Shown: positions 11,174-23,635 of the stretch, piece by piece
Layout of the letters: each line of letters starts with the position of its first letter
Numbering within the stretch: position 1 is the first letter of the stretch
DNA from: Bilabrum cf. latius
Taxonomy: Eukaryota
Direction of reading: 5' to 3'
NCBI GenBank assembly: GCA_965178125.1
Contig: OZ237736.1
Location: 1,054,001 to 1,118,000 of the forward strand
Length of the DNA: 64,000 bases
The notes under the pieces: model-generated
Told to the model about the DNA's origin: nothing
The model's input: the letters and a program-made list of their open reading frames with translations, nothing else
Database searches by the model: none
Position numbers and translations under genes: made by a program

Positions 11174-13887
11174 ATGCCGACCAGGAGGCGTAAGGGCAGT
11201 AAAAAAATTGGTGCAAAATCCAGTGATGATATGATAAGAGCTTCCGCCAGGCTACGGGCGCAAACATCAAGAGTCGAGCGCGAGATAGCGCGAGCAAAAG
11301 CGCAGAGTGAATTCATTCGCCAGCGCAAGTCAGGGTCCAACGTCGCTGTCCAGGGCTCCTCCATGCGGACTTTGTCAAGCACTAGCCGATCATTAGAAGA
11401 CACAATTCTAGAGGAAGTTGCTTACCAGTTGCAGCGCTCGCGTCCGGATCAGGATGCTTGGCAAGCGGTGTTCAGGTCGCTTGACAGGAATGGATCAGGC
11501 AATTTGTCCAAAATGGAGCTGCTTGACGGACTGGAGAAACTGGGTTGTTCAGTTAGTACCGCTGATGTAGCTTCGCTTGTCCGCCGTTTCGACCGTGATG
11601 GCGACGGACTCGTGTCGTACCGCGAGTTCGTTCGTGAGCTGGGTCGATCGGCCAGATCAGGTCACAGGCCGTCGAGCAGAGCCGATCGTGGAAGCTTGCC
11701 ACCAAGCTCGCATCCCATGGAGGACGACTTCATCTCGATGGCTCGCCGAATCGTCCGCTCTACGGGCGCCACAAGCCTGGAGGCACTGCGGAAGGTATTC
11801 CGATCGGTGGACACGTCCAGGTCCGGCAAGCTGTCTCGCGATGAGCTCCGGAGAGCCCTGGGTGACGCAGGGTACAAGCCATCCGCTCAAGAAGCCGAGC
11901 TTCTCATGAAGCGCTTGGACAGTAACCGCGACGGCAGCGTGGACTGGCACGAGTTCGTGGATAGGATCGGCCAGATCACGGGCGTGTTCGGAGACGGCGA
12001 GAGGGAGGAGAGGAGAGCAACGAGGAGCCTGTTGTCGGCCAGCGATCGAAGAGAAGACTCTGCGAGGTACGGCAGGAGGCGAATGGAAGGCAGGATGGGG
12101 TGGGGCGAGGATGACCCAGACACGGAGAAGAAGCGAGGCAGGGACCTGCAGCCCCTGGGTGAGCCAGGAAACAGTGGGAGTGAGCAGACGCAAAGTGGGT
12201 CCTCTGAAGCAGCCAACAAGGTTGCTAAAGACATCTTGCAGAGATTGCTGGTGAGGATCGGTGAGGCGGCGTACGATAGGTATGGTGGCGACGCACGGTA
12301 CGGTGCGAGCCGGGGCAGCCGTAGGGGCCGCGGGAGGTGGGGCCAGGTGGAGAGGAGGGACAGGAGGAGCTTGCTGCGGAAAGCCTTCGACAGTATGGAC
12401 GTGGACGGGGACAGAGCCCTCGGCGAGAGGGAGATCCTGCGCATGGTGCAGGGCACGCTAGGTGTGTCTCTGTCGAGAGAGGAGTCGGGGGCTCTCATGC
12501 AGCACCTAGACAAGGACGGGAGCGGGGAGGTGGAACTGCAGGAATTCATCGATGCGATCGCGCAGGCAGGGTTGGATGCATTGGCTGCCAATGCCGCGGA
12601 GTCTGCCGCGAGTTCACCACGGGGCCCCTCCTCCACCGGGGAGCAGGCCATGCTTGCTCTCGTGGGGCGAATCGCGAGGGCCGCCCGCAAGAAGAGGATC
12701 TGGTCTCCACGAGCTGGACGATCCGGGGCGGACCACCGGAGCGCTTTCTTGAAGGCATTCAAGGGGATCGATGCGGACGGCAGTGGTCGTCTGACCCGTC
12801 GTGAGATCGAGAGAGCGATGGGTGAGCTGGGGTACGACCTGCAGGACGAGAGGAGGGAGGCGGACCTGATCATGCGGCACTTCGACACGGATGGCACGGG
12901 GTCCATTTCGTACAAAGAATTCGTGGACGCCTTGGTGCAGGCTGCGGCCAAGGAGGCCGGGTAGGCTGTGGAGCGCGAGGATGACAAGTCCAGGGTGGAC
13001 GCCATGATGGGCTATGCCGGCGCTTCGGACGACGTGGACGCCATGCGCCAGGGCCAGGAAGCGATGCGCTTGCTTCGGCCCGCTGCTATGCAGTGCATCC
13101 GTGTGTTAGTCGAGGCTGCAAGACGCCTTGGCAGTTAGATGCAGCAGCAGCACAAAGGCAGCATGCCGGCCTGGGCATCTAGGCACGCAGCGCAGAGCCC
13201 AATAGCGTTCGGGATCGATTGCATGCAGCAGCTACTTGCTCGGCAGGCAGATGCAGCAGGGCTAGTATAGTCTGCAAAGGATGGATACGTGCAATTTGTG
13301 GGCAGTGCTGGTGCAGATCTAGCAGACAAGTCCGCGGGCATGGGGAGCCGTCGGGGGAGTCGCCGAGGATCGCCGCGCGGGAGGATGGTGCCTCCCTTAC
13401 CGATTGGGAGAGATGGGTTCGGCTTGGAGTCGGGTATGGGGCGAGATGGACGGTACGGATACGGTGGATATGGAGGCACGGGAGCTCAGGAGATTCCTGA
13501 CTCGGATTGCTTGGAGCAGGAGAGTGTTCGTAAGATCTGCCACTTGCTCGCAGTGGACCCCACCGCCGCGAAGAAGGAGGCAGATGCGGCGCTCCCAGTC
13601 AGCAAACAGGCCATGGAGCAAGTACTTCGGCGAGTTGGTCTTCAACTGTCACCGTATGACCCGTCGTGGCCTCAGCTTGCCCAGTAGCTCGCCATTGCAG
13701 GCAGGCCGGCCAGGCCTGGTGGCATGATGAGCGGTGTCAGGGCTAGTTTCCCTCCAGCCGGCATGAACATGGGTGGCATGGGCATGGGCATGGGTGGTAA
13801 CGACGGGCCAATGATGCCTGGAAGCGAGGTACTATCGGCAGCCGCTCTTGTCAGAGTGCTCCGCGCGGCATCTGGATCGTCAACAGG

Positions 13888-13918
<31 letters not shown>

Positions 13919-15195
13919 GTGGCCACCGGACAATACGGTGGTGGAGCCATGGGCATGCCAGGACAAATGTATGGTAGCAATGGAACCTTTGGCGGACCCA
14001 TGGGGACTGCCATGGGTGGAATGGGAATGGGAATGATGGGCCTGGATCCTTCGCAGCTGGTCGTCAGAGCAGCCGCAGAAGCAAGCGCCTCGGCAGCAGC
14101 TGACGCAGCCACGGAGTTCTTCGAAGAGGCTAAAGGGCATGCTGCCAAGGCAAGAGCAGACGAGCTGAAGCGATCGCGACGCGCAGCCGCCGTCTACAGC
14201 GCCGCTCTTTGGCACACGACCGGTGGTGCTGCGGGCCAGCCCATGTTCCGGGGCTTGGACGATGCCAGCCTCACGCTGGCTGGGAATCCAGAGTCGGACT
14301 TCGATGACCTAGACAAGGCACCAGACGGCTCAAGAGCCACCCGTCAAGACCCACTGTTAAATGCGACCTCAGGAGCGGTGGCCGCTGGAGGTATTGCTTC
14401 GTCTGGTGCCCCTGGCGGCAGCTCTGCTGCAGCATTCGCTGGCGCTTCGCTCAGGGACCGCGGCATCGAGGATCTGCCTCGCCTCGAGTCTGGCATTCAA
14501 AGTCTGAAGGACAGGCTTAGCAAGTCAGGGCAACTTCCAGCTGAATCTGGTGCCGGAGGAGAGGCAAAAGAGTCAGAGGACAAGCCGTCGGCAGAGGCAG
14601 ATGCTAAGGAAGAGTCTGCCCTCGATAAGACGTGCCGCATGGTGGACGAGCTGGACGAGGCCACTGCAGCCGAGCAAAGGGGCACCGCATGGAAAAGAGG
14701 TGGTCTTGATGCTGACGCTGCCATTCGGAAATCTCTGCAGCATGCAGACAGGGCATGGTCCGCCATGCGCAAGTCATGGGACGTGACCAGCCGTGCGACC
14801 GCGCTCGGCGGTGCTGCCAAAGCTGGGCTGCATGGAGCCGACCGCAAAGCAACGGAAAAGCTTGCATCGTCCTGGGCTGGTCTACAGCGTGACCTAACCA
14901 ATGTGCTAGAAGGCTCGGCTCAGGCTCCACCTCAGTTGCCACAGACACAGCCTTGGCAAACTGGTGGGTATTGGCCTGGAATGAGCATGGGTGCCGGTGG
15001 AGCTGCCGCAGCCCCTTTCGGTGCATCGATGCAGCAGGCACCGTACGGCTCCACAATGCCGATGGGCGGCATGATAAACCCAATGGGGACTAGCGCCGGC
15101 ATGCCTGGAATGTTTGGCGCCACAGGTCCATCAATGGGAGGCTACGGCGGTATGACACCAGCTGGTAGTCAGGGGATGGGCATGGGCATGGGCAC

Positions 15196-15229
<34 letters not shown>

Positions 15230-17961
15230 CCTACAGCTCAACGAGCACCCTTTGCGACCGGCCTACTAGGTGCCACATAGACCGGGGCGGGATTTGGCTC
15301 GCTGGCCCGTAGCGCTGATTTTGGGCGTGAGCGTGAGCGTGAGCTGGGCCGCAGGGGTGACCCAGCGTTTGGGGTCTCGTTCGATAATCGCTCTGACAGC
15401 AGGCATCGCGGAGCGGGCCAGTGGGGCCGGAGGGATGATCGGTACGGCGTGGACGTTGACTTTGGCAAGGGCCTGGACGATGACGCCGTGCCGATGACGG
15501 TGCTGCGAGAGCGCTTCCTCAAGCTAAGGGTCAACGCAGGCATGAAGAGGCAATTTCGCGGCTTTGATACCGACGGAGACCGCACGCTCGACTTTCGGGA
15601 GTTTGAGGAGGCTTGTGGTAAGCTTGGTGTAGCGATGCGCCGTAGTGCCCTCCAGCGCGTCTTCGATGCGGTCGATCGCAGCGGAAGCGGCAAGATATCG
15701 TGAGAAAGCGACGAGGTGCCTAGATCTACATTCGTAGAACGCTATTCTTAGTGCTGACAACACTACCATACCCCTCTCTCTTTCACACTTTGAATCGCAG
15801 GTACTCGGAGTTCATGGACTGGATGAACCACGGTTCGCCACGAAATTTGAGCAGGAGCGGCTCCCGGTCATCTTCCCCGCGTGGGTCAAGATACTCACCG
15901 AGGGGGCAGAGGGCTGGCAGGACAGCCGATCTTCTTGGAGCCATTGAGGCTGCGGAAGAGTCCCACTCGCGGTACGGAAAGCGTGAGGACTATTTGTGGC
16001 ACCCTGACGTGCCCTAATGCGTTGGCTTCTACTGTCGAACTCCTAGCTTGTTTGATTGAAACTTGCTGCCGCTGATCCAGTGCCCTCCGCAGGCAGGTGA
16101 TGCACAACCTGGCGATCAAAATGAGTTCACGGAGGCGCTCAGCTAGATTCCCAGTGGCGAGCAACGCCGCCACTGGGAATCCCAAACTACGCCGATACGA
16201 GTGCCAGACTTGGTGCAGAGAATTCGCTAGCATTTAGCAAAACAATTGATCGGCGCATCCGAAGCTGAATTGAAGGCAGTGCTGGGATCAGATGCCCCTG
16301 CATTCGGCAGGAGCACCGAGTCCGCTTCAAGTGAAGCAGATGCCGGCGCCCAGCCCCCGCCTGTGTGCAGGATGGCCGCAAAATAGTGCGTTCTGTACCT
16401 GCGCAGATCGCTCCTACAGCAACTTGTGAGCGCCGCTCAAGCTGAGGATGACGACTTGTTGCTCGATGCAAGGGTACAAGCACGCGCCGAAAGCAAAGAG
16501 CATGATGGTTCCCCTCGTGAGCCTGGGCAGAGTCTGCGGGAAATTAGCTTCGACGCCCTCGGTGCTGCTGTCCGCGCCATGCTATCTGGACGGGATCCCG
16601 TACCGAGCTACGACCTGTCTGCGCTCGGTGCTTACATGAAGGACATCGAAACATCCAAGGCCCTGCATGTTGGAGCTGCCGCGGGCTCTGATCCCTCCTC
16701 GCCGCATGTGCTGCGCGGATCGGCTTCTACCACGGTGGCACTGACCACGGCAATGTACGCAATCTTGGGAGACATGTCGCTGTCGTCTCGCATTTCCTCT
16801 CGAGATGCAGAGCGAGTTGTAGTGGGCACAGCTTCGAAGAGCGGCATTGAGTCGAGAGGTGCCGGGTCGGCTGTTCCGGGCAGCAAACGGGTGCGTGGCG
16901 TCCGGGGAGCAGGCGCACAGCACGACGATCTGTGCTTGCCGGCGTTCGTTGTGGATTGGGTGGGTGGGCCTGGTGTGGCACTGGGACTGCTGCAGGCTGG
17001 TGTGACGGACTCCAGTACCCTCAGTGGTCCCACGAAGACCGCTTTGACCAAGGCAGAAATCAAGCTCAGGTCAGAGATCGAGAAGCGGTCCATGCCTCGG
17101 GGCACGTTCAAGTCTCCTGCTGCATCCGCAGGTCGTCACATCAGCAAAGTTCCGGGCAGCATCCGCGGCTACGGCACTGATCTAAGGCCAGCATACTCCT
17201 GGTTATGCAGGGGAAGGAGGGGCGGGATCATCAGCTTGCTCGATGTTAGGGACGCCATTGTTGAGCTTGGAGTGGCGCCTAGCCGAGAGTTGGCCGCCGG
17301 CCCAAGGCCGGGCAGAGACAGCTGGGAACTATCAAATGCTGTGCACGCTGACATGGTAGCCGTTGGTATCGGCGCAAAGATGAGGGGGAAGCGACCTGCC
17401 GTGGCTCTGCAGCAGTACGAGCTATCGGGGTGCCCTCCTCTGGAGGAGGCGCTGAGCGACAGGGCCAAAGGGCTCGAGGGAGGCAGCAAGCAGATGCTTG
17501 ATGACATCCTCATGCCGGAGCATCTTCGAGCTATTCGATTCCATCACGTGGTGCGCTGGGCCACCCCGATGGTAGCCATGGCACAGCCGCTGCAAGCGCT
17601 GGTGCGGGATGCTTTCCGGAGGCAGGGCAGGACCGGAGGAGGCGGCACTGACCCTGAAAAGGCAATGCGCGCTCTCGATGAGAACGGTGACGGGGTAGTC
17701 AGTCGGTCTGAGCTGCACCACATCTTGCAGAAGCTGCTAGCATCACGGAGGGGCGGTGCGGGTGGAGGAGGCAGCATCGTGATGGGGGCGGCGAGGCCCT
17801 CGGGGCTCTCGAGCGCGACTGCCGGCGGGCCCATCGGGTCTCAGTGGGACCTGAACGAGGAGCAAATTGCCGAGGCGCTTGATCTGTTTGATGTTGACGG
17901 CGATGGCAAGATTGACTTGGAAGAGATGGCCACGGCCGTGCTAGAGGGAGAAGGTAGCTGA
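11174..17961 (+). CDS. Large multi-EF-hand calcium-binding protein with Gly/Met-rich low-complexity middle; introns 15700..15800 and about 15983..16091
   Basis: About 12 EF-hand loops (DRNGSGNLSKME, DRDGDGLVSYRE, DTSRSGKLSRDE, DSNRDGSVDWHE, DVDGDRALGERE, DKDGSGEVELQE, DADGSGRLTRRE, DTDGTGSISYKE, DTDGDRTLDFRE, DRSGSGKISYSE, DENGDGVVSRSE, DVDGDGKIDLEE). Frame continues through TAG at 12962, 13685 and 15278. Ends TGA. Confidence 0.8.
13886..13918 (+). repeat. (GGCATG)n coding microsatellite, Gly-Met repeat
   Basis: Tandem ggcatg units are directly visible. Confidence 0.9.
15176..15229 (+). repeat. (GGCATG)n coding microsatellite, Gly-Met repeat
   Basis: Tandem ggcatg units with one ggcacg variant. 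Confidence 0.9.
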
Positions 17962-18068
17962 GCTGAATCGAAGACCTGTCTCTTCGGTCTTGCTGGGTTG
18001 CTGGGTATGTGAGTACCAAAAATTCGCTGCAATGACATTTACTTTTTGTTTATCTGCACCGGCACCAG

Positions 18069-19271
18069 TTAAAATCTTGAATTGAACCACTGCATCGCCT
18101 GCCTCATGAGCTCGCTGTCGACCTCGTGCACCTGCGTCCCACCCAGCTTGGTGGGCCTGTCATCAAAGTGCTCCCAGCCATCGTTGAGCGCCTGCATTGT
18201 CAGTTGGCCGTCCTCCAAGCCTAGGTGCTTTGACACCGCTCCTAGCGCTGCTGAAACTCGCTCGCGCTCTGGCTCTGTGAGCCGATCGAGCCACCCGCAG
18301 TGGCCCCCGTACTCAGCCTCGAGGGCGTGAGCAGGCGCGGGCTTGCCGTCTGCCATCTAGGTTAGCACGAATAGCTCATCGGGCTCAAGCTCATGGAATT
18401 CATAGAATCCATGCAGATCGCTGTTCTAGGCCCCCGACGTTTCTGGGGGCGGTCCAGCAACCGCGCCCCCCTGCCTGCCATCCGGCGTCGTCACCAGCGC
18501 GTCTCCCTCCGACGCCAGTGCGAGCATCGGCACTGGGCAGGGCTCGAGATTTACGGGTCGAGAAACCATGCTCTGTAATAATGCTGCACTTGGCTACTGG
18601 TACGACGCGGCTAAAATTGCCAGCGACTGCGGATCAGCTGTGCTGCGAAGCAACCAGGATGCAGCAAACTGTGCTGCTTCGTCGAACGCCCCCTCTGGTG
18701 TAGGCGTAGCGGGAAACGACTTGGCAACCAATGAGTCGTAGTCGTCATGAGACATAGACTCTAAGGCGTCAACGCCCAGACCAAGCCATCGAGCAACAGC
18801 GCTGGAGCAGTCTGGGCTCGATGGATTCAAGACCAGCATGCCGCTGGCTGCCCAAGACTCCAAGTAGCGCTGAGCAAGAAACACACCACAACCGCTAGAA
18901 ATCAAAATAGGCGCAGAGTGTCCAAGCGTCTCGCTAGCAAGCCGTATAGAATCCACAACAGTTTGGACTGGCGCCTACTCTTCCGCGCTACTCTATGCAA
19001 CTGCTTCGGCGTAGTCAAGTCGCGCTGTCGAGAATCCTCTCTCGTTCAAGTATGGCTCCAAGTGGCAAGCGAATGATAAGGAATTCTACATGACATCAGG
19101 CACGAACAGAATAGGTGTTGCTCGCTCATCAACCCCAGTTTTAGCAGGACGAACAACCACCCGGCTTCCATTTCCCAGCTGAGTACTCGCCATGCGGGAT
19201 AGTGGTGGACAGCATCCCGGTCCTGTACTGTAAAATATCTGGCTGGCCACACGACTACTTCGCCTGAACAT
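18069..19271 (-). CDS. Alpha/beta-hydrolase-fold-like protein (about 400 aa), nucleophile elbow degenerate, possible mitochondrial presequence
   Basis: ORF pieces 19086..19271, 18594..18956 and 18069..18356 share one frame joined by TAG. Motifs TPILFVPD, YLNERGF, PILISSGCGVFLAQRYLES, HEVDSELMRQAMQWF. Ends TAA. Confidence 0.6.
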
Positions 19272-19409
19272 TGCTGCCTGGAGCTTTATGATTTGGTTGC
19301 CTTTGTGACGTGGCTGAGAATGAGACCAAATACTAGCTGCGGACCCCTTTTCCCCACAAACAATAGACTATGATACGTCTGTCGAAAAGATGGTAAGCAG
19401 GCCGCTGAA

Positions 19410-21458
19410 TCAGAGCAGAACGGCATCCTCGGCCAGCAGCCCGGCAGAAGCCACCACGACAGCTCCCTGCAGCAGCGTCCTGCCATTCCCAGTGGTCCTG
19501 CACCGCACCACGCCGCCTCGCTTCGACGCCTGGAAGCCGACCTGCCAGGCCTCCTCTTCTTTACTGGAGCCCTCCCCAGAGGCGGTTCCACCTCTGGCCT
19601 TGCTCTCCCAGTAAGGGCAAAGCATGGTGTGCGCCGATCCAGTCACGGGGTCCTCGTCCACGCCGCACCGAGGACCGAAGAAGCGAGAGGCAAACGTGGG
19701 GCGCTCCTGCAGGTGACGGGTCGCGCTTGCCACCGCATGCTTAAAGGACAAAGAGGAGGAAGAGGAGGGGGGCTCCGATGCGCCGGCACTCGATGCTGCT
19801 GCCTCCTCCCACGCACTCGTCACAACGACACCCCTGCAGTCGACCTTGGCCAGCTGGCCCACATCCGGCTTCATGCCCGCAAAGTCCTCCGGAGACACCT
19901 CGACAAGGACGTCACTCACATTGCGCCCGTGGAACTTCAGTGCCTCGCGCTAGAGGCCCAGCCCAGAAGCGATCACACCGGCTTCATCCGATGCGCCTGC
20001 CTTTTCGCTGACGTCCTCTGCCGCGTTGGTCGGGAAATCCAGCTGAATCTGAGTCTGGCCAGAGGCCGCAGCATCTCCGCTGCCGCTGACACCTCCGTCG
20101 CCGCCGATTCGAGTCGCCTCCAGCGGCCCAGACAGACTCACAAACCGAGCAAGTTTCTGCACCTCAGGCAGGGACCCCGACTTCCAGAGAGCTCCGGCAG
20201 AAGCCAGCGTCGCATGCCCGCACAGATCGACCTCCGTCCCAGGAGTGAACCACCGCAAGCTCCAGGCGCCGGGCAGGTACGATGCCTCGCCCTCACCGCG
20301 GCTGGTTGCCACTCGGAGCAGCGCGTCACCTTTTCTTGCCGCCCCAGCCGCGCGCTCAGCCTCCAGCACAGCCTGCTCGGCCTTTAAGAGGAGCTCGGCT
20401 TCAGTCGCGGTGAACTGCCGTACGAACGCCGTCTCGCTCAGGTTGAACTCGATGGTGATCCGCTGGGCCCAGTCGTACCATTCGCCCCGAAATTTCTCTC
20501 GAGACTCGCTGAGCAGCCATGCTAGCGAGGCCGCGTGATCGGAACCACCCGCACCTGACGAGGCACTTGCTCCTGGACCGCCACTGGCAGTTGTTGATGA
20601 CAGCGAGCGCATCCGACGGGCGAGCAAGTGCTCCAGAGAAGAGACGCCAGCCCCTGGGGGCAACAAAACGACAGCGGCTGGGTTGCCCGTCGTCGGTCTC
20701 CCGGTGGAAAAGGCGTCCAGAACGCAAAATGGAAGCTGGGCCGCTCCAATCGCGAGGCTTGACCGGGGAATGCAAGCGTCGGTGCTAGGCGGCGCCAGGC
20801 TCCGCGTCATGTCGTACCATAAATCTGCGCCGTGAACGACCTTGCTCGGACCAAGCAGCACAAAGCCGCACCTTTTGTAAAGATCAATGTTTCCCTTTTT
20901 CGTAAGAAGCGATGCGCGTTCGAGCTGCCGGCCGCCGTCTGGCCGTTCTACTGACTCCAGCGGGCTGCCCTTAGCGTCAAGATTTGGCACGCATCGTGTG
21001 CTCCAAGATTGTACCAGACGCAGGTACTGCCGAAATAACCAAGTTGCCAGCCCTTTTCGCCTGTGTGCCTCCGAAGTTACAACAGAGTGCACCAGGAGAT
21101 GGTGGCCCAGTGGATTGTGGCTGCCCATGCTGTCCTCGGTGAGCTCGTCGCCATCTGTGAGGGTTCCACATACATAGCCGACGATTTGGCTCGTTCCGTC
21201 CTTTGCGTAGCTTTTCGCAACCAAAAAGAAGGGCCTAGCCTCCGACGCTCTCAGCTCGAGATTGCGCTCGCTCGCAGCCTCATCAGCAGGATACGCTGCA
21301 TTGTCAACCAAACCAAAATATATTTAGTATGTAGTGGCGGCGAACATATAAGCGCGCTGCGGAGGTTGGTGCTATCTCTCACACGTGCTCTCGATCTTTT
21401 TGATTTCATCAAGGTCGCTCCATTCTACCGGTGCTACTGACACTTGGTACTCGTCCAT
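19410..21458 (-). CDS. GNAT acetyltransferase (AANAT/PAA1-like) fused to PhzF/PBLD-family isomerase; intron 21296..21382
   Basis: N-term IESTSYPADEAAS..HSVVTSEAHRRKGLA..LYKRCGF. C-term DAFS..GNPAAV, NLSETAF, RWFTPGTEVDLCGHATLA, SRFFGPRCGVDEDPVTGSAH. One in-frame TAG at 19950. Ends TGA. Confidence 0.88.
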
Positions 21459-21863
21459 AGCCTGTCAGCTAATAGCAAAACCGGACGTGTAGGTGGTCGA
21501 GCAGAATAGACTTTTGTGAGCTTGGTGGAGCGGTGTCCTGATTTTCGAACCTGCGCGAATATGCTGTGACGACTACCGGCCCGGGATCGGATCACACACG
21601 CGTCATAGCGTGACGTGCACGCAACACAGTGCCGCCAGTAGTGTAACACTACTAGTGTTTGGCCGTCAGGCCACGTGGTGTCCTGCCCGCATGGTAACAT
21701 ACCACGACCGGCTAGTAGCTTCACAAATTTAGAAGCTGTCCGAGTCGTTTCACATCAATATCTACTTGCTAGCTGAGAGGGTACAAGCAGCACGCAATGC
21801 CGGTCTGCATCCCGCCACATGCGAGCGAACAGCCTGGGCAGATCTGCACATCGAATCGAGCTC

Positions 21864-23467
21864 TCAGTGGGGCACCTCCTGCCCGCTGCTGAGCTGCGCG
21901 ATCTTCTTCTGGTCAAAAAAGTTCAGCGCCGCCGCCCATGGGCTAGGGCCGTCCCAGCGGTCCTTGAGCATGCCCTCGAAGTACATGACGGGCATGAGGT
22001 CTCTCTTGAGGTACATGAAGGCGGCGTTGGGAGTACCCTGGTCGATGGGGAAGGTCTCCATGGGCTCCTTGGTGAATCCGTTGAACTCCGCTAGCAGCAA
22101 GGAGTTCCGGCCCAGCACCAGAGGGCAGCTCGTGTAGCCATTGTACTCCTCGTTGGGTGCAAAGCCCGACATCATTGCGCGGAGGTTGTGCTTGACCACG
22201 CCTGCCTGAGCCGCGGCTGCAGCCGCCGTCTTGGAGGTGGGGATGCTGCTGCAGTCGCCCAGCGCGAACACGTTCGAGAACTTCGTGGACTGGCACGTGC
22301 CCTGGTGCACGTCCACCCATCCCCCAGCCCCTGCCAGGGGAGAGTTGGCGATGAAATCGTACGACTTCATGCGGGGAGCCACATGCATCATGTCGTAGGA
22401 TTCCTCCCTCGTCTCGTCCGTGAGCTTGCCGCCCTCCACCTTGCGGAAGGTGGCGACCTTCTTGTCCTTGTCGATAGAGTCCAAGTCCCAGCTGAAGTGC
22501 CGGTCGATCCCGCGCTCATCGCAGATCCCGTCCAGCACCTTGCTGTACTTGGGTGCGCCGAACTGGGAGGGGGTGCCGCACATCCAGCGCACCGTCACGT
22601 TGTCCCGGACACCAGCGGTGCGGAAATACTCCTCGGCCAAGTACTGCGAACAAGAATAATTGCGTCGGGAAGCACAGCAAGGGTGTACCGGGGTGGGCTG
22701 GTTTGGTACAACACGGTTGTAACCTCGCTCACCATGATCTTCTGCGGGGCACCGGCGCACTTGATCGGGCTGCTGGGAATGGTGAACACATACGTGCCGT
22801 TCTTGATCGCCTGGATGTTCTTCCAGGTCTGCTCGACAGAGAGGGGGGAGTAGTTGGTCGTCACTCCGCTGGATTTGTCCTCCAGGGCTTCCGGCAGCCC
22901 TGCGATGGCATCAAGCTTTATCTCAATACCAGCTGCTACTACGAGGTAATCATATGTCACTTTCTTTCCTTTCGACGTGACGACCGTGTTGTTCTCAGGG
23001 TCAAAGGTAGCTGCGCCGTCCTGGATCCAAGTAGCGTCCGGCGGCATCACATCACCCATAGGGCGCCTCGTCTCCTCGAGCGTCTTTACGCCACCACCCA
23101 CTAGGGTCCAACCTGGCTAGTAGTAGTGGTTTTGGGACGGCTCGATGATCCCAACCTTCTTGTTGCGCTGGAACGCGCTTGCAACGGAGAGTCCAGCAGC
23201 TCCGCCTCCAACGCAAAGCACGTTGTAGTGGTCATCGCCAGCTGCTTTGGTAAACAAATGAAATTAAATACTGGCTTAGATCAGTGCAACATTCCAGTGC
23301 ATTGTCATCAAAGCCAACACGCTGCTTGTGGCTGGGGTTTCAGAGCAGCTGATTCTGATTCTGAACTTACCCTTCGAGGCCATCCCTCGTACAAACGAGG
23401 TATTTCGCATGCGCTGCGCGGACTTAATGAGTCCTCTTGCTGCACTCCTTGAAACAGCGGCCAACAT
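21864..23467 (-). CDS. SQOR: Mitochondrial sulfide:quinone oxidoreductase; introns 23245..23370 and 22644..22732
   Basis: Presequence MLAAVSRSAARGL, VGGGAAG, HYY*PGWTLVGGG, YDYLVVAAG, KCAGAPQKIM|YL, NVFALGDCSSIPTSKTAAA, YNGYTSCPLV. Ends TGA. Confidence 0.93.
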
Positions 23468-23635
23468 AGCAACTTGGTGTCCGATACGCCTCGGTGACGT
23501 CCCGATGACAGATCCCAGTCTAGGTTCCGCAATTGTAGTATCGCCGCGCGTTTTAGGCATGGCAGTGCAATGCATATTCATTCTGGACAAATTTTGACGT
23601 TTTCTCCAAAAGTAGGTGCTCTGTATGCGCATATC

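Noticed and set aside
23117-23119. TAG as pyrrolysine or as Leu/Glu/Tyr
   Set aside because: Pyrrolysine is prokaryotic and site-specific. The conserved columns seen here (HYYQP, FAFQ, WxxQF, QHG) are Gln.
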